Source: Octopus sinensis
Taxonomy: Eukaryota
NCBI RefSeq assembly: GCF_006345805.1
Contig: NC_043003.1
Location: forward strand, 47,678,001 to 47,742,000
Reading direction: 5' to 3'
DNA: 64,000 nt
The first letter of the stretch is position 1. Each line of letters begins with the position of its first letter. Position numbers and translations under genes: made by a program. The notes beneath the pieces were generated by a model. The model was not told the origin of the DNA. It searched no databases and saw only the letters and a program-made list of their open reading frames with translations. Shown here piece after piece: positions 47,056 to 59,120 of this stretch.

Positions 47056-47979
47056 CATCATCATCATCATCATCGTTTAGCGTCCGCTTTCCATGCTAGC
47101 ATGGGTTGGACGGGTCAACTGGAGTCTGTGAAGCTGGAAGGCTTCGTCAGGCCCAGTCAGATCTGGCAGTGTTTCTACGGCTGAATGCCCTTCCTAACGC
47201 CAACCACTCCGCGAGTGTAGTGGGTGTTTTTTATGTGCCACCTGCACAGGTGCCAGACAGAGCTAGCGAACGGCCACGAGCGGATGGTGCTTTTATGTGT
47301 CACCGGCACGGGGCCAGGCGATGCTGGCAACGGACACGAACGGATGGTGCTTTTACGTGCCACCGACACGGGGCCAGACAGAGCTGGCACCGGCCACGAA
47401 CGGACGGTGCTTTTACGTGTCACCGACACGGTTGCCAGACAGAGCTGGCAAACGGCCATGAGCGGACGGTGCTTTTACGTGTCACCGGCACGGGGCCAGG
47501 CGATGCTGGCAACGGACACGAACGGATGGTGCTTTTACGTGCCACCGACACGGGGCCAGACAGAGCTGGCGAACCGGCCACGAACGGACGGTGCTTTTAC
47601 GTGTCACCGGCACGGGGCCAGCCGAGGCTGGCAACGGACACGAACGGATGGTGCTTTTACGTGCCACCAACACGGGGCCAGACAGAGCTGGCAACCGGCC
47701 ACGAACGGACGGTGCTTTTACGTGTCACCGGCACGGGGCCAGCCGAGGCTGGCAACGGACGCGAACGGATGGTGCTTTTGCGTGCCACCGACACGGTTGC
47801 CAGACAGAGCTGGCAAACGGCCACGAGCGGACGGTGCTTTTACGTGTCACCGGCACGTACGTGCCACCGACACGGGGCCAGACAGAGCTGGAAAACGGCC
47901 ACGAACGGATGGTGCTTTTACGTGCCACCGACACGGGGCCAGACAGAGCTGGCAAACGGCCATGAACGGACGGTGCTTA
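47056..47979 (-). mobile_element. RTE 3' UTR fragment embedded in (TA)n on both sides
   Basis: (TA)n|(CAT)n-cgtttagcgtccgctttccatgctagc... The other end abuts (TA)n at 47980. Confidence 0.85.
47225..47979. repeat. GC-rich 60-62-bp minisatellite (~12 units, two alternating variants) expanded from the RTE 3' UTR
   Basis: Unit cacgaacgga(t/c)ggtgcttttacgtg(c/t)caccg(a/g)cacggggccag...ctggcaacgg. The same unit occurs about three times in reverse at 62170-62350. Confidence 0.95.
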
Positions 47980-47995
47980 TGTATATATATATATG

Positions 47996-48044
<49 letters not shown>

Positions 48045-48190
48045 GTATATATATGTATATACATATATATTTATATATATATATATGTATATATATACAC
48101 ACACACATATATATATATATATACATATTTATATACATATATATACATTTATATATATATACATACATATATACATATATATATATACAC

Positions 48191-48249
<59 letters not shown>

Positions 48250-48291
48250 CATCACTGGGAATTTGTTTAATTTTTTATGTTTCATTTGCAG

Positions 48292-48518
48292 GTAGCGCCC
48301 TCTTACAGAGTGCTAAAATAATCCGGGAAGGAATCAAGAGACATAAATTGGTGAAGAACCAAGCAAGATCTCAGGGCAGGAAAATCAGTAGCCTTGATGC
48401 AGCCAAGAAGGAGAATGGGGGATCATTTGATGCTGAAACTGTTGACGGAGTCTTGAGTTCTTTGAAAGTTTTACCTGTGTTTATTGCTATCATCTTTTAT
48501 TGGGCAATTTATTCCCAA
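48292..48518 (+). CDS. SLC15A4-like: SLC15-like exon (central loop and TM7)
   Basis: ttgcAG acceptor (phase 1) and CAA|GTTAG donor (phase 0). Reads (G)SALLQSAK...[42 protein letters not shown]. Confidence 0.9.
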
Positions 48519-48714
48519 GTTAGTAGAACACTATGATTATATTTCATCTCTCTTTGATATTTTCTGCATTGTAATCTTCTGAGAATTTGGGTTGGAAATT
48601 GACAAGAATGGTAGGTAGCACACTAGGTTAAAAAGACTAAAAATCTTGTGGTATTTTAGTTTTGTCCCGAGATTTGAATTTAAATGCTACCTGGACCACC
48701 TTTGTCTCTCTTCC

Positions 48715-50100
48715 CTTCAGAATGAATGGAATAAAAGGAGTCTCCTTCATGTGAACCTAACAGAGAGACCAGCTATCCAAGTAGACAGCAGTATGGTAGA
48801 TAAGGCAATTAAAGATATGAAACTGGGAAAGCTTCTGGTCTATCTGAAGTCACTGCTGAGATGCTCAAAATGTCTGGTAAGGTAGAATATGGGCTAGTCA
48901 CCCACATAGTTAATCAGGATATTCAGGAAGGTGTAATACTCAGTGACTAGTGTAGCAGCATTATTGTTAGCTACTACATGGGTAAGGGAGTTTCCTAAGA
49001 TAGAAGCAATTATAGAGGCATCAAACTCCTGGACCAGATGATGAAAATTATAGATAGAGTTATTGCCCAATTAATAAGGAGCAGACGTAGGCCAGATGAA
49101 ATTCAGTTTGGCTTCACCCCAGGAAGAAGCACAACTGATATTATTTTCATAGTCAGGCAACTACAAGAGAAAGAACAATTAAACTTGGCATTTGTTGATC
49201 TAGAGAAAGTCTTTGATAGAATATCCTGCTGTATGACATAACGGGGGTTATGAGAAGGCTAGGGGTAGACAAGTGACTTGTGAAAGCTATACAGACCATG
49301 TAGAGACACTGGAATTAAGGTGAGAGCTAACCACAAGTACAGTGAAGAATTTGATGTGCAAGTAGGAGTTCATCAAAGCTCAGTCCTTGGTTTCCGCCTT
49401 TTCAATCATTGTCCTCTAGGCCATAACAGTGGAATTCAAGACTGGCACCCCCTACAAACTACTATATGCTGATGATCTTGCCCTCACAGCAGATTCTATA
49501 TCAGAGCTAGAAAAGAAATTCCAAGTGTAGAAGCAAAACCTGGAATCTAAGGGCCTTAAGGTTAATTTAGCAAATACTAAGATTTTAATAGTGAAGGCTC
49601 ATGGCCTATTGGTTAGAGTAGTGGACTCGCGGTCGAGGGATCGTGGGTTCAAATCTCAGACCAGGTGATGTGTGTGTTTATGAGTGAAACACCTAAGCTC
49701 CACGTGGCTCTGGCAGAAGGTAATGGCGAACTTCTGCTGACTCTTTCACCACAATTTTCTCTCACTCTTTCCTCCTGCATCTTGCTGCTCACCTGCGATG
49801 GACCGGCGTCCCGTCCAAGTGGGGAACCTATATGCCAAGGAAACCGGGAAACCGGCCCTTTTAAGCCAGGTGTGGCTCAAGAAGGAACAAACAACAACAA
49901 CAAGATTTTAATAAACAAGAAAACAGACAAGACTCTACCCACTTCACGTAAGCAGCCCTACTTGATTTGTAGGAAAGGTGTAGGCAGGAATTCCATGCAG
50001 TGTACCCAATGTAAGCTATGGACACACAGAAGGTGCAGTGTAATAATAGTAAGATTATCAGAGAGTGTAGTGTTTATATGTGGAAGATGCACAGGTGTCA
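48715..50100 (+). mobile_element. Decayed RTE RT fragment, interrupted by a SINE
   Basis: PAIQVDSSMVDKAIK, QFGFTPGRSTTDIIF, LYADDL and CRKGVGRNSMQCTQCKLWTHRRC remnants. Confidence 0.85.
49591..49901 (+). mobile_element. Full-length tRNA-derived SINE with 12-bp target-site duplication
   Basis: A box tggcctattgg, B box gggttcaaatc, (CAA)n tail. AAGATTTTAATA at 49579-49590 and 49902-49913. Confidence 0.9.
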
Positions 50101-50155
50101 TAAAAGGTTCTACAAGTGCTAACTATATTATCTATTCTATTATTTTCAATTTCAG

Positions 50156-50339
50156 ATGTCTTCCACATATTTCCTACAAGGAACTGTTATGGACATTTCC
50201 ATCAATGGTGCTCCAATGTCAGTTGCAGTATTAAATGTCTTCAATGTGGTCATCGTTCTAATTCTGATTCCTATCCTAGATTTTGTCTACAAATATCTCC
50301 AGAAGATTGGCAAAAATCCAACACCGCTGCAACGTATGG
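50156..50339 (+). CDS. SLC15A4-like: SLC15-like exon (TM8)
   Basis: ttcAG|ATG acceptor (phase 0) and G|GTAAA donor. Reads MSSTYFLQG...LNVFNVVIVLILIPILDFVYKYLQKIGKNPTPLQRM(G). Confidence 0.9.
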
Positions 50340-50829
50340 GTAAACAACTGTTTCTGTTGCTGTTGTTCTTGATATGCTTCAGATCAGCCCTGGCCAAGTG
50401 GTCAGGTGTATATCATCGTAATCATCGTAATCATCATCATCATCATCATCATTGTCAAAGTTCACTTTTCCATACTTGCATGGGACAGAGTTTATTGAGG
50501 AAGATGTGTGTATGCATGTGTGTGTATGTGTGTTATGTGTGTGTATCAAAAAAGGTTTCTATTGAAGAACTCTCTTCCCCCAGAAGCCTACATAAATTTT
50601 AGAAGTGAAGTTTTTGCTCCTGCCTTCATGAGCATAGATATACCTTGGCATACTGGCCAACAGTAACATGAATATAAATGCTGGCTCTCACCATATCAGT
50701 GCATATGTTCATTACAGTGCGGGGAATTAACATTTGCTTCACCCTACTTTGATATATACAAGCCCATACTTGCATCTTCATGCACTTGATTACACACAGT
50801 TAATCATTTCCATTTCTCACTTTGATTAT

Positions 50830-50933
<104 letters not shown>

Positions 50934-51530
50934 GATCTATGCTAACATAATATAATAAAGTGTTCCCTGGAACTATATTGTGGATCTGCATTTAATTTGC
51001 ACAATAAACACCCACTGCTAAGGACGCAAAGAGCCTCATTGTTGAACTGTGTGCGTATGTGTGTGTCTTTGTGTGTATGTGTATGTGTGTGTGTATAACT
51101 AACTAACTACCTGAAAGTCTGTTGGTTATGACAGGTGTTCCAGTTGATACAATCAATGGAACAGCCTACTTGGGAAATTTACATGCAAGTGGCTGAGCAC
51201 TCCACAGACACATGCACCCTTAACATAGCTCTGAGGAAGATTCAGTGTGACACAGAATGTGACAAGGTTGACCCTTTTAAATATAGATACTACTCATTTT
51301 TTCCACCTGAGTGGACTGGAGTGATGTGAAATAAAGATTCTTGCTCAAGGAGCCAATGTGCTCCCTGGTATCAAACTCAGGACCTCACAATTGTGAGCCA
51401 AGTACTTTAACCACTTAGTTATGTGCCTTCACACACACATATAAATACATATACATATGTATATACATGTTTCACAGTCTGTCGTGTATTGTTGAATACT
51501 CATTATTATTTCTTCATCTCTTTACTCTAG

Positions 51531-51731
51531 GGTTTGGATTAGTATTAACTGCACTATCAGTGGCTGTAGCTGGAATTGTGGAAATATTCCGAGTAAAAGA
51601 ATTGAGGGCACATGGAGGTGTAGTACAGCTCTTGGCTAATAAACCTTACAATGCTTCTCATGTTTCTATATTTGCCCAGATTCCACAGTTTGCACTCATT
51701 GGCTTTGGTGAAGTATTTACTAGTATCGCAG
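51531..51731 (+). CDS. SLC15A4-like: SLC15-like exon (TM9-TM10)
   Basis: ctctAG acceptor and G|GTAAA donor, phase 1-1. Reads (G)FGLVLTALSVAVAGIVEIFR...SIFAQIPQFALIGFGEVFTSIA(G). Confidence 0.9.
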
Positions 51732-52039
51732 GTAAAAAAATATAAATTTGTTATTTGTTTTAATGCCTTTTTTTTATACCTATATATTTATTGCTTTTTT
51801 ATTTCTCCTCATTGCACATACACATGTGTTCTACATCATATTCAAAAGGATTAATAATTCTTCATCACTATACTTTTTATCTGTATCCACTCACTATTTC
51901 TGTAACTAATACTACAACAGTCTTTGCTCTTCTGAACACTTGCTGAGAACATGCAACCTTCACGAAAACATTTACGTTTATTTGTTTCACTTGCTTCTCT
52001 CACTTCTGCGTTTTACTTCAGCCACACTTCACAATTGAT

Positions 52040-52876
52040 AAACTTTGAAGTGGATATATTGCTTTGAAATAATTACGTTGCGCAGCAATACACTAGTCCC
52101 AACTTTCCTGCCACTTTGGGAATCTGGCCTGGAAGTCATTGTCTGTAAGAAATTTGAGGGCCTTCTGCAATTCACTTTGGATCTTGACAACAGAGTTAAA
52201 ACAGTGACCTTTCAGATGCCTTTTCCTCTTGGGGGAGAGATGAAAGTCTGCTGATGCTAAATCTGGCAAATTGGGTGGATGTGGAAGCAATACCATTTTG
52301 TTTTTAGTGAGAAACTTATGAGTGAGAAGAGCTTGACAGGGTGCATAGCTGCTGTGAAAAATCCAATTCTCCATGCTCCACAGATCTGGTCACTTTCGCC
52401 AAATCTCCTCCCTCAAGCATTTCAAAGCATCACAGCAGAACTGATGGTCTGGCTTTGGGGGATGAATTCTTGATGCACAATACTGTGGGGTTTGAAAAAG
52501 CGATGTGCATGCTCTTGATTGAGCTGTGGCTCTGTCATGTCTTCATCATTCATGGAGATGAAGGCCTCTTCCATTGCCTTCTCACTGTAAGCTTGCCAAA
52601 GTATGCTCAATGTCTCTGTAACAGACTTCCCAAGTTTAACACAAAATTTCATGTTGGCACTTTGTTCCAACTTCCTGTCCATGACAAAAATTGCAGGCTA
52701 CAGCATACATGTCATCGCAAAATACAAATTTCACAACTTGCAAAGTAAACACAGTGATGTCATTCAGCACACTACCTCATGAAGGTAACTGCTAGTTCTC
52801 ACTGCATACATGACTGTGTGCTGCCATCTGTTGGCATGCTACAGACCTACTCCAGGAACTTTTTGATAGCACCTCA
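52040..52876 (-). mobile_element. Internally deleted mariner transposon
   Basis: 5' TIR TA|TGAGGTGCTATCAAAAAGTTCCTGG, MDRKLEQSANMKFCVKLGKS..ET and LPHPPNLPDLASADF..LKGHCF remnants. Confidence 0.8.
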
Positions 52877-53106
52877 TATATGCCAGAGAAACTGGAAAAC
52901 CAGCTCTATGCTCATTATGGAGTGATGTAGACTAACCAAACGACAACAACAATAATGTCACCACCTATGATGACAACAGATTCAACAAGGTTACTCCCAT
53001 CACAATCTATAACCACTAATACACTGTTAGTTTTGTGTCCTCTCCCTATTTTTTCAGTCCTTTCACAACAGTTATCACAATATTCTGTATATTTCTTTTT
53101 CCTTAG

Positions 53107-53241
53107 GTTTGGAATTTGCATATTCCCAAGCACCGGAAAGTTTGAAAGGATTGGTCATGGGAATTTACCTGTTCACTAATGGTTTGGGAAATTTTCTATC
53201 GACAGCTGTCATTGCCATTGTTGATGCACTGACAAAGAAAG
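53107..53241 (+). CDS. SLC15A4-like: SLC15-like exon (TM10-TM11)
   Basis: cttAG acceptor and G|GTAAG donor, phase 1-1. Reads (G)LEFAYSQAPESLKGLVMGIYLFTNGLGNFLSTAVIAIVDALTKK. Confidence 0.9.
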
Positions 53242-54205
53242 GTAAGACTTCTAAAAATCTATGTGCATGTATGCATGTGTATGTGTATGTGTGTGTGTGT
53301 TTGTGCCTGTGTGCATGTGTGTGTGTGTGTGTGTGCATGTGTGTATGTGTGTGTTTGTATGATTGTATAGCATTTCCTTGTTATTACTTCCTCATCTGCT
53401 GGTGTTCATTTATCCCCTTACTCTGGCCATTGTCGTTTTGTACCAACACACAAGATGTTGAGTTTCATAGAGGAGGTTACAAAATATTGAAATGAGTAGT
53501 GGTTTGCTACAATCAAGAAAACCCATCTATCTCAATGCATTTGAGGTCCAAAAACATTATGTTTGTGTTCATACTCACTCTGGGCTCTGCCTCTGCACCC
53601 AGCCTTTCCTCATTCAACATCTCTGACATCTCATCTTCTAAACAGCCATCCCTCTATAACTCTTTTAACAAGATCACTATCTAGCTGCTGTAATCATATG
53701 AGAGCAGAATCTGCTCATATTTCTTGCCCTGCTTTATTATAGAAAGTAATATAAAATAGCAGATCAAATTTATATACAAGCAACAGATCATATGCTCTCA
53801 TCACTTCAAAAAAATATAAAACAGCAGCATTAATATGAAAGAGGAAGATAAATAAAATGTTTGTGATTAAATAAACATATTGTACAAATGTTTATGTATT
53901 AATTTCCATTAAACTATTAATGGGTTGAAGATGTGTTATACAGGGTGTATGTGAATAACAATTTCTCTCAGAGTAGCATGGAAAAAGAGAGAAAATAGAC
54001 ATTAGTTGTTAGTTGTTGAGATATTACATCCTTCAAAATTTCCATGCTTCCTGAAATTTACCAACAGTACACTTGATGTCCCCACTCACATTTCTTAACT
54101 TTAAAAAAAAAACTTATTCACTGTTCACTTATTGTCCATATTCTATGTACTGTTTCTGATGAGTTGTAATGCACCTGAGCACTGTATACATTAAGTTCAT
54201 TATAT

Positions 54206-54991
54206 TTGTGGTCTGATCAATTAGTATCTGGACTATTGCTATAGTAACAAAGCTAAAGCATGCTGAGTAAAGCCTCTCAGCACAGATTGACCTTCAACTC
54301 TGCTGTGCATGTGCACTAAGTTCTAATATTCTAGTTCACTTCTGCTGTTTACAGCAGTCCTTGGAAGGAAGATGCGTAGCATGAAATCATCACATTGATG
54401 ATGATAAAGTTGTGTACAGAATCTGCATCAAATTTTGCTGCAACTGAAACCCAAGTGTCTTTTTGGTCAGCTGAAAGCAGTTTTGGCATAAACTGTGTCT
54501 CATACCCAAATCTTCAGTTGATAATAGACTGAACTGAACTGTAACTAACCTGCACATCCTCTGATGGTGAGTCAACGATTTCCCTCTCAGCTGCACGCAT
54601 ATCTACGATGTTTTTCTCAGTTCTGCTGGTTGTGAGTCTCCCAGATCATTCGTCAATATCATCGTTTTTTGGCCATCTTGGAAACGTCTGAACCAATCGT
54701 ACACTTGTGTGTGGCTCATACACTCCTCTCCATACACTTTCTAAAACTTTGAGTAGGCTTTTGAGCAGGTACCACCATGACAACTTCCTCTGATATAGTA
54801 ATTGCGATGATCACACACTACACACCTTCCTTCTAAGCACTGCTGTAAACAACAGAAGAGAGCTAGAACACTAAAACTTTAGTGCACTTGCACAGCAGAG
54901 TTCAAGTTCAATCTTTGCCAAGCAGCTTTACTCTGTGTGCCTTAGCTTCGTTACTATGGCAACAGTCTTGAGACTTATTGATCAGACTTTG
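54206..54991. mobile_element. Mariner-derived two-5'-end foldback, third copy (extra internal deletion)
   Basis: gtggtctgatcaattagtatctgg...cttattgatcagactttg|TA. A partial further copy lies at ~55330-55480. Confidence 0.85.
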
Positions 54992-55578
54992 TATTATTAT
55001 TATTATTATTATTATTATGAATAATTTACTGCTTTCTGTATTTCAGCTAAGCATGCATTTCCTATTGAAACTTGCTGACTGAAAAGTTCTAATCAGAGTA
55101 GAGATTTGGTTGTTGCAATAGATGAAAAAGGGTCAGCAACCATGAGTTGAAATGGTTCATGGTTTGTAACAGAAGTATAAGTCAGAATGACTTCTAACTA
55201 AGTTGTAATGGCTCTTTACATTCTAAGTTTTAGTCTGTAGACTTAACTCATCACTCACTTGAACACCACCTCCTGGTTGGTACTTGGGTTCCTTTACAAA
55301 TTTCACTCTGTTGCAATAATTCAATCCAGGTCTCAGATTTTTTTTCAGTCATCTTTGAAACGTCTGAACCACTTGTACACTTGGGTAGTTGATACACTCC
55401 TCTCCATACACTTTCTACAACTTTGTGTAGGCTTCTGAGCAGGTATCACCATGACAACTTCTGTCATGGTCAACGATATACATGAATCAGAGTTAACTTC
55501 TATTAAATAATGATTTAATCTCCCTATAATCTACATTCAGATCATTTATTTATCTTTCTGTTTTCTTTATGTCTATAG

Positions 55579-55784
55579 ATCCCTGGCTGAGTGATGATGA
55601 CATTAATTCAGGCCATCTGGAATATCTCTTCTTCTTACTTTGTAGTTTAATGACAGTAGCATTTTTCCTCTTCCTGTTCATAAGCAAGATCATGAAATTT
55701 AACAGTGAGGAGAAGCTAAAACAGAAGTTGGAAAGACATGATATGGAATTAACAGCTGATGAAAATAAAATAACTGAAATTTGA
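55579..55784 (+). CDS. SLC15A4-like: SLC15-like last coding exon (TM12, C-terminus)
   Basis: ctatAG acceptor (phase 1). Reads (D)PWLSDDDINSGHLEYLFFLLCSLMTVAFFLFLFISK...TEI* with TGA ending at 55784. Confidence 0.88.
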
Positions 55785-55833
55785 TAATTTTAACACATTT
55801 TGATAAATTATTACACATAATTATCACACTCCT

Positions 55834-56240
55834 GGTGCAGGAGCGGCTGTGTGGTAAGTAGCTTGCTAACCAACCACATGGTTCCGGGTTCAGTCCCACT
55901 GCGTGGCATCTTGGGCAAGTGTCTTCTGCTATAGCCCCGGGCCGACCAATGCCTTGTGAGTGGATTTGGTAGACGGAAACTGAAAGAAGCCTGTCGTATA
56001 TATGTATATATATATATATGTGTGTGTTTGTGTGTCTGTGTTTGTTCCCCTAGCATTGCTTGACAACCGATGCTGGTGTGTTTACGTCCCCGTCACCTAG
56101 CGGTTCGGCAAAAAAGAGACCGATAGAATAAGTACTGGGCTTACAAAGAATAAGTCCCGGGGTCGATTTGCTCGACTAAAGGCGGTGCTCCAGCATGGCC
56201 GCAGTCAAATGACTGAAACAAGTAAAAGAGTAAAAGAGTA
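55834..56240 (+). mobile_element. Young full-length tRNA-derived CORE-type SINE in the presumed 3' UTR
   Basis: Head ggctgtgtggtaag..gggttcagtccc, CORE-like ggcatcttgggcaagtgtc, TA/TG spacer and (GTAAAAGA) tail. CpGs are retained. Confidence 0.85.
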
Positions 56241-56412
56241 TACATATATGCAGTGACATATATACACATGCACATATATACTCACAATATCATATACATA
56301 AACATTTGTTAAATGTACGTACTGTGTTGGTTTTGCTGGTTTAAACCCAACATACCTACATGCACACACACACACACACACACACACCACACACACATAT
56401 ATATATATTATA

Positions 56413-56471
<59 letters not shown>

Positions 56472-56598
56472 TATATACAATGCCCGAGTACTGTATACAA
56501 TAAGCTCATTATCATTTTACTATTTTACGTGTGTGTGTGTAAGGTGTGTAAATGAAACAAAAAAGAAAGAAAGAAAATAGTGTGGAAACTTTTTCAAA

Positions 56599-56686
56599 AA
56601 TAAAAGAAAAAATTATTTGCATTTTTATCAAAATGTGATACTTATTTCAATTGTTTAAAAAGGAAATTTAATAAAAGTTAAATAAA
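56599..56686 (+). promoter_or_regulatory. Candidate polyadenylation signals of the SLC15-like gene
   Basis: AATAAA at 56599, 56670 and 56681, about 0.8-0.9 kb after the stop codon. This is weak evidence in AT-rich DNA. Confidence 0.3.
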
Positions 56687-57767
56687 CAGAAAATAGAAGG
56701 AAAATAGCTTTATTTTTACCTTTATTTCAGCATGACTAAATCATCCTCTTAAGTAATTGAAACCGGTACCATATTTTGCTAAAAATGTAAATGCATTCTT
56801 TTTTTAACTATGAGAAAGTTCTCAAAACATTGTCATCTTCTTGTTTCATAACATAAATTTTCTCATGTGAAAATGCTTAAGCTTTTTAATATGTATATTG
56901 AATATGTATGCCTTTGATATTAAGTAAAGAGTTAAATACTTATGGTATGCAAATTAGTAACTCCAGTTCTCTGTAGCTATGGGATCTGTGGGGTATATAA
57001 ATAGACTGGCTGCTTATCCCTTGAGGATTGGTCAAATGATGTAGACACTGCAGATAACAGCCCACTAAGGTTATAAAATCAAATTAAAGCTGTTCTTCAT
57101 TTTTTTTTCTAGTCTTTAGATGAGCAAAAAATTAATTGCAGACATAAGTTAAATTACCTATATAATAAATTTAGTTAATTTGTATACATATAAACCCTAT
57201 TTTATGTTAATATTTGTTGTAGTTACAATTTGTAGTTGTATAATGTGTATAAATTCGCATGAGATTGTACAGTGTATATTACATAATTAGAATAAGATTA
57301 AACATAGATGTTTATAAAATAAATTAACGAAAATAGATTAAATTATAAAAATTTAGCTTAATTTATGTATATTATGTATTTTACGTATTTTAGTTTGAAA
57401 TTATTTAGACTTTAAAGTTTTCCAGTAAATCGTATATTACAGTTATTTTCTTTTTCTTATTCTCATAGCTAAAATATATTTTGTCTTTTTAACAGCTTTA
57501 ATACATATTTGTAACTATCTATCTATCTATATATTCTATAATTTTTACTTACGCCATGTTTTTACGTGCTAAATTTCTTATAAACACTTAGTTCTACATA
57601 TTACGTTTAAAATTTTAGTCAACAGAATTTCTTAGATAAGATATGTTTTTATTTTAAGTAATACTGTTAAATTTTAATCTATTATTTATTGTTAAAATAC
57701 ATATTTTTCTATATTTATTAGTTAATTTATAAGTTAAGATATGTATATTTATTATAATGTTTATATA

Positions 57768-57814
<47 letters not shown>

Positions 57815-57824
57815 CGTTATTATA

Positions 57825-57938
57825 GACCTGATGAGTGACTATATTTTTTAATAGAATTAATTTTAGATCGATTTAGTTTTAATCAAATTGATTTTATTAT
57901 TATCTATTTGAAAATATAGCCATGAAACACGTGTAGTC
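57825..57938 (+). ncRNA. Type I hammerhead ribozyme with long stem II inside an AT-rich tract (57100-58120)
   Basis: Stem I GAC/GUC, CUGAUGA, ~13-bp stem II (GUGACUAUAUUUU/AAAAUAUAGCCAU) enclosing ~60 nt, GAA, palindromic ACACGUGU stem III, GUA triplet. Predicted cleavage after 57935. Confidence 0.75.
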
Positions 57939-58843
57939 AATTTATTATTTATTGTTTATGAATTCTATTGATTTTTAGTATAATGTTTTCTAGTATATTT
58001 AACTTCTTCTATATATTAACTTCTTTTTGTTTAAACAGTTTACATAAAAGTGTTCAAAATAGATAGTAAAATAAATTCATAATTATTTATAAGTTCATAA
58101 ATAGTTTTGATTGTATAGAAGCCTATATACCGTAGGTGCCATGCAGTGGGACTGAATCTGGAACCATGTGGTTGGGAAGCAAGCTTCTTACCACACAGTC
58201 ATGCTCGTGCCTATATATATATAAACATTTCCTTGTATGTCTCCACTGTCCTGTTTTTGTTCCCAACTTTAACCTTCCATAAATCCAAAATTGTATTTTG
58301 GTACTTATGGGAGCAACTGTCTTTGAAGACTCATATTGTTGTTCAAGGCTTGAAATGAGGAGTAGATAGACAACCGACAAGGAGAGAAAGAAGGAGGAAG
58401 AAGGAAGACACAAAGAGAAAGGAGAAGAGAAGACAAAAGGGAAAAAGAAAAGGAGGGAGAGAGAAGCAAGGTAACAAGTGTGGATTGAGAGAAATGACAA
58501 TAGGAAAAAGCAGAAAGTACAAAAAAATTAGAAAAGTTCAAAAAGTTCAAACATCATGATGTATTGGAGCGATTTCTCATAAAAGGAAGAGTCCAGTGTA
58601 AAACATAGGTAGAAGAGGTGCAGCTGAAGTGTAGGAGTCTGAGTGTAGGAGAGTAGAAGAAAGTCCAGGTAGAAATGTCCAAGAAAAGTTTAAAGTGTTA
58701 TGAGGTGGAGACAGGATAAAACTGGTGCAACCACGTGAGTGTGCAATATATAGTGTGAATTTACCAAAAAAAAAAAAAAGACGAAGATGTGTGTGTAAAC
58801 AGCAAACAGATGTATTAGTTTAACGCTTGGGAAGTGAGAAAGT

Positions 58844-58879
58844 CTTTTACGTTTCGAACCTAAGCTCTTCAACAGAAAG
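58844..58879 (-). ncRNA. Hammerhead-like motif with non-canonical core CUGUUGA
   Basis: Minus strand reads CUUU-CUGUUGA-A-GAGC-UUAG-GUUC-GAAACGUA-AAAG, the same minimal layout as 10387-10421. Confidence 0.45.
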
Positions 58880-59087
58880 GAACACAGAAATAAAAACAGA
58901 AAATAGAAAAAGTTTTAGTGTGAAGGCAGCAACGGAGAAAGGAAATGAGGCTGGAGAAGTGTGTTTTTTTGAAAATTAGTAGGGAAAGATTAATAGAAAT
59001 ATACATACATACACACACACACACACACATACACGCATATATATATGTATATATATATATGTATATATGTATATATATATATGTATA

Positions 59088-59120
<33 letters not shown>

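Noticed and set aside
47225-47979. CRISPR-like array
   Set aside because: The units are contiguous 60-62-bp tandem repeats without unique spacers, derived from a LINE UTR in eukaryotic DNA, and there are no cas genes.
47106-48536. 476-aa ORF as a novel protein or extended SLC15 exon
   Set aside because: It is a chance read-through of an RTE 3' UTR minisatellite and (TA)n (YI repeats) into the real exon, which has its own strong acceptor at 48290-48291.
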